Positions 57,361 through 64,000 of a stretch of 64,000 nt of DNA are shown here, in pieces. The notes under the pieces were generated by a model, which ran no database searches, had not been told where the DNA came from, and saw only the letters and a program-made list of their open reading frames with translations. A program made the position numbers and the translations under genes. Source of the stretch: an uncultured SAR86 cluster bacterium (GTDB taxonomy: Bacteria; Pseudomonadota; Gammaproteobacteria; Magnimaribacterales; D2472); assembly GCA_902628085.1 (NCBI GenBank), contig CACOLO010000003.1:1476-65475 (forward strand), given 5' to 3'. Each line of letters begins with the position of its first letter. Position 1 is the stretch's first letter.

Positions 57361-59127
57361 ATGGCTTGGACAAAAAACAGAGAAAAGCTCCATGAAGCTG
57401 CAATATCAACAGTAAAAGCGATTTCAAAAAACAAAAGACTTAATTCAAGTCCAGGAGTATTTCAAAGACCTCCATCCGGTGAAAGTATTGTTTTTTCATC
57501 TGCTCCCAGATCTACAAAAGATTTAGACAAATGGAGGGGTGAGTCTGATTTTCAAGCTTTTTGGCACAAATTCCACAATGATAAAGAGAATATTGCCTTA
57601 ACCCTTCCTGCAAGAATGTTATTTAATGAATTTGAAATTTCCAGAGTTGAGATCTTAGGAGCTAAAGAGTTTCAAGGCTCAAAAAGCAACATAACGAGTT
57701 TTCTTAATCAAAGAAGTATTGAAATTACAGATAAGAAATCTATGAACTACATATCTCATGGTGCAAATTTATGGTTAAAAGATGAGGCAGATTTTGACCT
57801 CAGCGAAGAATCAAAAATAGCGATTAATGATTTTATTGAAAAGTACAAGCTTGATTCATCAACAGAAAAAATAAAGTCTGAAATTATTAACAATATCCAT
57901 GATCAAAAACAATTTGAAAGGTCTGTTCTAAAATTACTAGGCAAACTAAAGCTTGTAAAGGAATCCGAGGAAGATCAAGAAGATGGCGATTTTGAAAATT
58001 CACCTGGTAGCACTGACGATATTGAGAATCAGGATTTTGAATCAAATTCAGATATTTCAGTTGAGGAAAACACAGATCTAAAAGATTTTAATGGTGATAT
58101 TGAGCTCGATATCCAAGATGCAGTAGATGTTAGCGACTCCACGTCAATTGATGAGGAAATAGATGCACTCGTATATCCAAAAAATGACTTTACAAGCATG
58201 ATTAGAAAAGACTACTCAATATACACGACAAAATTTGATGAAGTCATTGATGCTAAAGATCTTGTCACATCTGATGAATCTCTGAGGTTAAGAAATCAAC
58301 TTGATAATCTTATTAAACCGCATATTTCAACTATTGGAAAACTTGCTAACAGATTACAAAGGTTGCTTTTAGCAAAACAGAATACAAGCTGGAATTTCAA
58401 TCTTGAGGAAGGCATGCTCGATAATGCCAGGTTACATAGAGTTATTGCTAATCCTGGATATCCATTAAGTTTTAAACAGGAAACTGAAAATAAGTTTAAA
58501 GACACTGTTGTTACTCTCCTCATCGATAATTCAGGTTCCATGAGAGGAAGATCTATAAGTCTAGCTGCTATATGTGCTGATTTGATCGGAAGCACATTAG
58601 AAAGATGTCAGGTAAAAACTGAAATATTAGGCTTCACAACAAAACACTGGAAAGGTGGTGATTCTAAAAAATTATGGATAATTAATGGTAATAGATCAAA
58701 TCCTGGTAGATTGAATGATATTCGTCATATTGTCTACAAAAGTGCAGATAACAGTTGGAGAAGATCGAGAAAATATTTTGGAGCAATGTTACGAGAAGGA
58801 CTTCTTAAAGAGAATGTTGATGGTGAAGCTTTAGCATGGTCTCACGAAAGACTTTTAAAACGATCTGAAGAAAGAAAGATATTAATTGTTATTTCTGATG
58901 GAGCACCAGTTGATGACAGTACATTATCAGCTAATAGAGAAGATTTTTTAGATAATCATTTAAGAAACATTATTGCTTCAATTGAAAATGATAGTCCTGT
59001 TGAGCTTCAAGCAATAGGAATTGGTCATGATGTAACAAAATACTACAAAAACGCATTAACAATTAATAGAGCAGAAGAGCTTGGAGAAGTACTTCTAGAT
59101 GAGTTAACCAAACTTTTCAAAGACTAA
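57361..59127 (+). CDS. cobT: CobT-type protein with a C-terminal von Willebrand A domain
   Basis: 588 aa with an acidic central linker and a VWA MIDAS start ([13 protein letters not shown]). It directly follows cobS with a 3-nt gap. Confidence 0.85.
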   Translation: MAWTKNREKLHEAAISTVKAISKNKRLNSSPGVFQRPPSGESIVFSSAPRSTKDLDKWRGESDFQAFWHKFHNDKENIALTLPARMLFNEFEISRVEILGAKEFQGSKSNITSFLNQRSIEITDKKSMNYISHGANLWLKDEADFDLSEESKIAINDFIEKYKLDSSTEKIKSEIINNIHDQKQFERSVLKLLGKLKLVKESEEDQEDGDFENSPGSTDDIENQDFESNSDISVEENTDLKDFNGDIELDIQDAVDVSDSTSIDEEIDALVYPKNDFTSMIRKDYSIYTTKFDEVIDAKDLVTSDESLRLRNQLDNLIKPHISTIGKLANRLQRLLLAKQNTSWNFNLEEGMLDNARLHRVIANPGYPLSFKQETENKFKDTVVTLLIDNSGSMRGRSISLAAICADLIGSTLERCQVKTEILGFTTKHWKGGDSKKLWIINGNRSNPGRLNDIRHIVYKSADNSWRRSRKYFGAMLREGLLKENVDGEALAWSHERLLKRSEERKILIVISDGAPVDDSTLSANREDFLDNHLRNIIASIENDSPVELQAIGIGHDVTKYYKNALTINRAEELGEVLLDELTKLFKD

Positions 59128-59190
59128 CAAATATTATAAAATATAAACCAATGTTTACACTGCAAACATTTAAAATGTAGAGGAAAATCA

Positions 59191-60297
59191 ATGAAAATTA
59201 GAAAACAAAGTGGTCCACCAGAGGATTTAATATATTTTGATGAAGATCTTAATCTCACTCAGAATAACGTAGAAGACGTTGTTGAAATATTTAATACGCC
59301 ATTAACAGGCTCATATAATTGGGACTATACGGTTTCAGATAATAGAATCAAAAAACTATACGAATTAGGCAAAGAACTTAACTGGAATGGGTCTATAGAT
59401 CTTAAATGGGAGTATACACATCCAGCAGATCAAAGGCTTGTAGAAACTGATGAACCATTACCTCATGAAGCATTAGAAGCATATGAAAAATTGTCGGATG
59501 AAGAGAAGATCTTGTTTGATAGGCACTCCACTGCTGAACTTATGAGTCAATTTCTTCATGGCGAACAAGGCGCACTTCTAGTTGCGTCACAACTCGCATC
59601 ATGTGCTCCAACATACAATGCAAAACTTTATGCCGCCTCGCAAACATTTGATGAGGCTAGACATGTAGAAGTTTTTAATAGATATCTTCAAGAAAAAATA
59701 GGTATCCATTACCCTATCAATCCATCATTAAAGTTATTGCTAGACAAGATACTTACTGACGAAAGATGGGATTTAAAATTTATTGGCATGCAAATTATTA
59801 TTGAAGGTTTGGCGCTTGCAGCATTTCAAATGCTAAAAGCAATTACTAAAGATCCTTTGTTAAAACAATTATTGCATTATGTTGTCAGAGATGAAGCGAG
59901 ACACGTAACATTTGGAATCAATTACCTTGAAGAATTCATCAAAACATTGTCACCTGAAGAAATTGAAGAGAGAGCTCAGTTTGCATATGAAGCATGTGTT
60001 ATTTCTAGAGAAAGACTTATAAATACAAAAGCAGAACAAAGATTTCTTAAAATGTCGGCTGATGAGGCTAGAGAATTTCAAATGAATACTAAAACCTTCG
60101 ATATGTTTAGGAACTTTTTATTCTCAAGGGTTATACCAAATTTATCTAGGATTGGTTTATTGACTGATAATGTCAGACCAAAATTTGAGGCGCTTGGTTT
60201 ACTTGAGTATGAGAATGCTCCAGACGATTTTGAATGCGATTGGGCTGAAATGAAAAAACCACTTGAGAAATTTGGTCAAATACCAACATCTTTATAA
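59191..60297 (+). CDS. Ferritin-like diiron-carboxylate protein (AurF-like 'diiron oxygenase' type)
   Basis: Two E...(D)EARH half-sites: HGEQGALL...FDEARHVEVF and IIIEGLALAAF...VRDEARHVTFG. Confidence 0.7.
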   Translation: MKIRKQSGPPEDLIYFDEDLNLTQNNVEDVVEIFNTPLTGSYNWDYTVSDNRIKKLYELGKELNWNGSIDLKWEYTHPADQRLVETDEPLPHEALEAYEKLSDEEKILFDRHSTAELMSQFLHGEQGALLVASQLASCAPTYNAKLYAASQTFDEARHVEVFNRYLQEKIGIHYPINPSLKLLLDKILTDERWDLKFIGMQIIIEGLALAAFQMLKAITKDPLLKQLLHYVVRDEARHVTFGINYLEEFIKTLSPEEIEERAQFAYEACVISRERLINTKAEQRFLKMSADEAREFQMNTKTFDMFRNFLFSRVIPNLSRIGLLTDNVRPKFEALGLLEYENAPDDFECDWAEMKKPLEKFGQIPTSL

Positions 60298-60345
60298 CTT
60301 TAAATTTTTTATTCTGGCCATACCTAAATTGTATATAACCTTATA

Positions 60346-60351
60346 AAGGAG
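60346..60351 (+). promoter_or_regulatory. Shine-Dalgarno sequence AAGGAG for the BI-1 family gene
   Basis: AAGGAG lies 6 nt upstream of the ATG at 60358. Confidence 0.6.
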
Positions 60352-60357
60352 TCTTTA

Positions 60358-61101
60358 ATGTCAAAACATGCTGCAATAAATAGATTCGGAAGATCTGCAA
60401 ATCCTGCTTTCACAAGAAATTTTGGAACTTCTTATGGAGATATTCCAATATCTGAAAGAATGACGCTTGATGGAGCGGTAAATAAAACAGGTATTCTTTT
60501 ATCGCTTTGTTTTGGGGGTGCTTTTATCGGATGGAACATTCCACAACTTATGTTTCCAGCGATGTTAATAGGATTCGTTTTAGCAATGGTCACGATCTTT
60601 AGAAGTCCTGCAAAAGCAGGTTCTACGGCTCCTCTTTATGCTTTAAGTCAAGGTATTTTTCTTGGAGGAATATCTCTCGTCTTTGAGTCACAGTATCCAG
60701 GTATCGCCATACAAGCACTTGCGCTTACTTTTGGGATACTAACATCACTTTTATTTTGTTATAAAAGTGGTCTTATATTGCCAACTCAAAATTTTAGACT
60801 AATGCTTGTATCAGCAATTGGTGGAATATTTCTTTTGTATCTTGTCAATTTTATTATGAGCTTTTTTGGTTCGACTCTTAACTTTATAACTTCAAATTCT
60901 CCAATGAGTATAGGCATATCTTTTATCATAGTTGGAGTTGCAGCATTAAGTCTTGTTTTAGATTTTGACTTTATTGAAGAAGGTGCTGAAAAAGGATTGC
61001 CAAAATACATGGAATGGTACGGCGCCTTCAGTCTTATGGTGACACTCATTTGGTTATACCTAGAAATATTGAGACTATTGGCCAAAATTAGAAGCAGGTA
61101 A
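60358..61101 (+). CDS. Bax inhibitor-1/YccA family membrane protein
   Basis: 247 aa with about 7 TM helices and a charged C-terminal tail (LLAKIRSR). Confidence 0.8.
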   Translation: MSKHAAINRFGRSANPAFTRNFGTSYGDIPISERMTLDGAVNKTGILLSLCFGGAFIGWNIPQLMFPAMLIGFVLAMVTIFRSPAKAGSTAPLYALSQGIFLGGISLVFESQYPGIAIQALALTFGILTSLLFCYKSGLILPTQNFRLMLVSAIGGIFLLYLVNFIMSFFGSTLNFITSNSPMSIGISFIIVGVAALSLVLDFDFIEEGAEKGLPKYMEWYGAFSLMVTLIWLYLEILRLLAKIRSR

Positions 61102-61105
61102 AATT

Positions 61106-61294
61106 TTGAATTCAATTTTTTTTGCTCTTATTGCCATTATTTCACTTTACGCTTTTTTTAAACTTGCTAAAGTTAAAGCTTCATCTAAACAACTTAATAG
61201 ATCAGACAGAATTAATAGATTTGGTAATAATGAACCAGGCAATATCATTGAGGGTGAGTCAGAAGAAGTAAATGATGAACAAACGGATAAATAA
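61106..61294 (+). CDS. Possible small membrane protein (one N-terminal TM helix, acidic tail)
   Basis: 62 codons with a TTG start, filling the gap between two co-oriented genes. I recognise no homology. Confidence 0.35.
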   Translation: MNSIFFALIAIISLYAFFKLAKVKASSKQLNRSDRINRFGNNEPGNIIEGESEEVNDEQTDK

Positions 61295-61297
61295 ATT

Positions 61298-63490
61298 ATG
61301 AAAAAAATAACTAATAAATATGTATACCTTTTAACCACTGTTATTTCCTTAAATATTTCCTTATTTATAAATGCAGATAATAGTGCTCCAATCATTCAGC
61401 CAGGTGCGCCTGGTAAATCATCTAAAGTGCTCGATGCATCTGAGGCAACCAATATAGCAAATACATCCTATATAAAAGCTGATGTAGATTTTCTTCAAGG
61501 AATGATTGTTCATCATGAACAAGCAATAGTAATGTCAGAAATGGCTGATGAAAGAACAAACAATAAGTCAATATTAGATCTAGCAAGCAGAATAGACGCG
61601 TCGCAAAAAGATGAAATTAATTTTATGGAAAGTTGGCTCAAGGATAGGGACGAATTTCAAGATAATAAGTTAGAAAATCATCAAATGCATCATTCGCATA
61701 ACATGATGCATAAACATGTAAACATGGTTGGTATGGCAACTCCTAAACAGTTAAGTGATTTAGATAGCTCAAAAAGCACTGATTTTGATCGATTATTTCT
61801 TCAACTAATGATTAATCATCATGATGGAGCTCTTGAAATGGTTGAAGAATTAAAAAAATATCCAGGTAATACCTATGATCCAGTGTTGAATGAATTTGTT
61901 TCTGACCTAATTAATGATCAAGGCGTTGAGATAGAAAGAATGAATACTTTGCTCACAAATTTATCTGACGACCCAAGAGCTGGCTTAGCTGGTGGTTTGT
62001 ATATTGCTGAAGAAGCTATCTTAAATATGGAATTAATAACATCATTGAAAAAGCCAACTGGTTTCTTCGATCCAGAGAATCCTGCTGCAAAAGGTTCGGA
62101 AGATCTTACTGAAGATAATGAAAATAAAACAACTGCTGAAATTTCTAGATCATTAAGATCTCCAATGCTGTCTTTTGCTAATACCGATATGGCTTTTAAA
62201 GATAATATCCTTATAGCTGGAAGTTATCATGGATTTAACATATACGAATTAGACAAAGACGGCATTCCAAACCTTATCTCATCAGTGGTCTGTCCTGGAG
62301 GCCAAGGGGATGTTTCAATTGTTGGAGATCTCCTAATTATGTCTGTTGAAGAAAATAGGAGCAGACTTGATTGTGGATTGGAGGGTATAAACAGTGATTC
62401 TAGTCCTGAAAGATTTAGAGGTATCAGAATTTTTGATGTATCAAATTTATCGAGACCAAAACAAGTCGGAGCTGTTCAGACTTGTAGAGGTTCTCATACA
62501 CATTCAGTCGTTTCTACAACAAAAGATAACAAAATTATTGTTTATAACTCAGGAACTGGTCGAGTTAGAGATAATGAGGAAAAGGCTGAGTGTTTCGGTT
62601 GGGATGGTGGAGGCTCATCTTACTTCTCAATTGATGTAATTGAGATACCTATTGACAATCCTTCAGATTCAAGAATAGTGAAAAGTCCTAGAGTTTTTAT
62701 GGATCTGAAGACAGGTAATGTTGCAGGTCTTTGGCGTGGTGGAGATCATGGTGATGATACTCAAGATACAAATACAACTAACCAATGTCATGACATTACA
62801 GTTTTCCCATCTGCTAACATTGCTGCAGGCGCATGTTCTGGAAATGGAATATTATTTGATATTTCTGATCCTTATAATCCTGAGAGGCTGGATGTTGTAA
62901 CAGACGTAGGTTTTGCTTATTGGCATTCTGCAACTTTTAATAATGATGGTACTAAAGTTATCTTCACGGATGAATGGGGTGGCGGTGGCCGAGCAAGATG
63001 TAGAGCATGGGATCCATTAGATTGGGGTGCTGACGCTATATACGATATTGTTGATAATAAATTAATCTTCAAGAGTCATTATAAAATGCCTGCGCCTCAG
63101 TTAGAGACTGAGAATTGTGTGGCACATAATGGGTCGATTATTCCTATTCCTAACAGAGATATCTTTGTTCAAGCGTGGTATCAGGGTGGAATCTCTATAA
63201 TTGATTTTACTGATTCATCTAATCCGGTTGAAATAGCATATTTTGATAGAGGGCCAATCTTAGAGGATATTCTAATAACTGGTGGGTATTGGTCTACTTA
63301 TTTTTATGAAGGTTTTATTTATGGAACAGAAATTACAAGAGGGCTAGATGTTTTTAGATTAGTGCCAAGTGAATTTCTAAGTGCTGATGAAATATCTGCA
63401 GCATCTAAAGCTTATCCAGAAGTTGGGCCAAGAGTATTTAATCCTCAACAACAAGTACCTATGACTTGGCATGAAAGTGCATCAGATTAA
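61298..63490 (+). CDS. Secreted fusion protein: DUF305 four-helix-bundle domain + LVIVD-repeat beta-propeller
   Basis: Signal-peptide-like N-terminus. DUF305 half-motifs FLQGMIVHHEQAIVMSE and FLQLMINHHDGALEMVE flank a His/Met-rich insert (ENHQMHHSHNMMHKHVNMVGM). The C-terminal ~450 aa carry LVIVD-type repeats (GDLLIMSVEE, GILFDISDPYNPE, GISIIDFTDSSNPVE). Confidence 0.75.
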   Translation: MKKITNKYVYLLTTVISLNISLFINADNSAPIIQPGAPGKSSKVLDASEATNIANTSYIKADVDFLQGMIVHHEQAIVMSEMADERTNNKSILDLASRIDASQKDEINFMESWLKDRDEFQDNKLENHQMHHSHNMMHKHVNMVGMATPKQLSDLDSSKSTDFDRLFLQLMINHHDGALEMVEELKKYPGNTYDPVLNEFVSDLINDQGVEIERMNTLLTNLSDDPRAGLAGGLYIAEEAILNMELITSLKKPTGFFDPENPAAKGSEDLTEDNENKTTAEISRSLRSPMLSFANTDMAFKDNILIAGSYHGFNIYELDKDGIPNLISSVVCPGGQGDVSIVGDLLIMSVEENRSRLDCGLEGINSDSSPERFRGIRIFDVSNLSRPKQVGAVQTCRGSHTHSVVSTTKDNKIIVYNSGTGRVRDNEEKAECFGWDGGGSSYFSIDVIEIPIDNPSDSRIVKSPRVFMDLKTGNVAGLWRGGDHGDDTQDTNTTNQCHDITVFPSANIAAGACSGNGILFDISDPYNPERLDVVTDVGFAYWHSATFNNDGTKVIFTDEWGGGGRARCRAWDPLDWGADAIYDIVDNKLIFKSHYKMPAPQLETENCVAHNGSIIPIPNRDIFVQAWYQGGISIIDFTDSSNPVEIAYFDRGPILEDILITGGYWSTYFYEGFIYGTEITRGLDVFRLVPSEFLSADEISAASKAYPEVGPRVFNPQQQVPMTWHESASD

Positions 63491-63504
63491 AAAATCTAGA
63501 TAAT

Positions 63505-64000
63505 ATGATTGTTGCGATAGATTTTGGTATTACCAATACCGACATAGCACTTTTTAATAAATCTCAATATAAATTTTTTTCAATACCATCAAAAAATGCA
63601 AATGAGAGCTTTATAGATGAAATTATAAGTTTAATTGACATAGATATTACTGAAATTAGTCAAATAGTAGTAACAGGTGGTAAATCAAATGAGTTAGATG
63701 AATCATACAAAGGAGTTAATATAACAAAAATCAGTGAAATCGATGCTATTGGATATGGAACAAAAGAAATATATAAAATAGAAAATGACCCCTTTATAAC
63801 CTTAAGTTGTGGCACCGGCACTGCATGCATTTATCATCAAGATGATCAATTTTCATATGTTGGTGGAATTGCTGTTGGAGGTGGTACTATTTCTGGATTA
63901 TCTAAAGCAATCCTTGATTTCTGCTCTTTAGAGGAAATGACAGATCTAGCATTAAAAGGCAATAGGAAAAATATAGATCTATTAATTGGTGACGTAGTTA
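63505..64000 (+). CDS. Type II pantothenate kinase-like (CoaW-like) ASKHA ATPase; N-terminal part, truncated by the window end
   Basis: My translation reads MIVAIDFGITNTDIAL...VVTGGKS...EIDAIGYG...LSCGTGTACIYH...VGGIAVGGGTISGLSKAIL...MTDLALKGNRKNIDLLIGDVV. This parallels S. aureus CoaW blocks from memory (VGTGTSLHY, VGGIGTGGGMIQGLGYLL, MAQHGDRNTIDLKV). Confidence 0.6.
   Translation, partial: MIVAIDFGITNTDIALFNKSQYKFFSIPSKNANESFIDEIISLIDIDITEISQIVVTGGKSNELDESYKGVNITKISEIDAIGYGTKEIYKIENDPFITLSCGTGTACIYHQDDQFSYVGGIAVGGGTISGLSKAILDFCSLEEMTDLALKGNRKNIDLLIGDVV

Noticed and set aside
59150-59170. Hairpin AATGTTT-acactgc-AAACATT after cobT as an intrinsic terminator
   Set aside because: The 7-bp stem is nearly all A/T and is not followed by a T-run (TAAAATG follows), so it is not a convincing terminator. 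I kept it only as a note in the diiron-protein finding.
61147-61395. 82-aa minus-strand ORF overlapping the small plus-strand ORF at 61106-61294 and the start of the DUF305 gene
   Set aside because: It is antisense to the signal-peptide region of a well-supported gene, has no motif, and its orientation breaks an otherwise co-directional block. The plus-strand 62-aa ORF is itself only weakly supported.

Overview
The window is a very AT-rich, extremely compact stretch of bacterial chromosome. It holds about 60 protein-coding genes on both strands, and the largest non-coding gap is about 170 bp. I found no rRNA, tRNA, CRISPR array, IS element or riboswitch-sized leader. Gene content and local synteny look gammaproteobacterial, resembling the Pseudomonas arrangements as I remember them: gyrA-serC, ubiG-HAD phosphatase-SDR, scpA-scpB-rluB, xseB-ispA-dxs, glyA-nrdR-ribD-ribB-ribH-nusB, miaA/hflKC/purA, mrcA<>aroK-aroB, gltB/gltD-hemE and slmA. 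The composition and compaction suggest a streamlined marine lineage, possibly SAR86-like, but that is a guess I cannot verify from sequence alone. Most of the window is ordinary housekeeping, and I do not see a clear-cut new multi-gene system such as a defence island. Six loci are worth a second look. (1) gltD has an in-frame N-terminal extension of about 90 codons that reads like the arm-type DNA-binding N-terminus of a P4-family integrase. It sits where gltB appears inverted relative to aroB and gltD, and a tandem 9-bp direct repeat lies just upstream. (2) A wHTH + 2x DnaT-like-domain protein is followed by a phage lambda P-like protein in core-genome context, which parallels the E. coli dnaT-dnaC operon. 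(3) A conserved-looking cassette of unknown product sits next to waaA/lpxL: a GT4 glycosyltransferase, a methyltransferase, an (alpha/alpha)6 prenyltransferase-repeat protein and a second methyltransferase. (4) A cobS-cobT pair without cobN is followed by a diiron ferritin-like protein. (5) miaA encodes its conserved beta1/P-loop lead-in upstream of any canonical start codon, with an ATT overlapping the glnB stop. (6) A secreted DUF305 + LVIVD propeller fusion has a His/Met-rich insert, and a type II pantothenate-kinase-like gene lies at the right edge.
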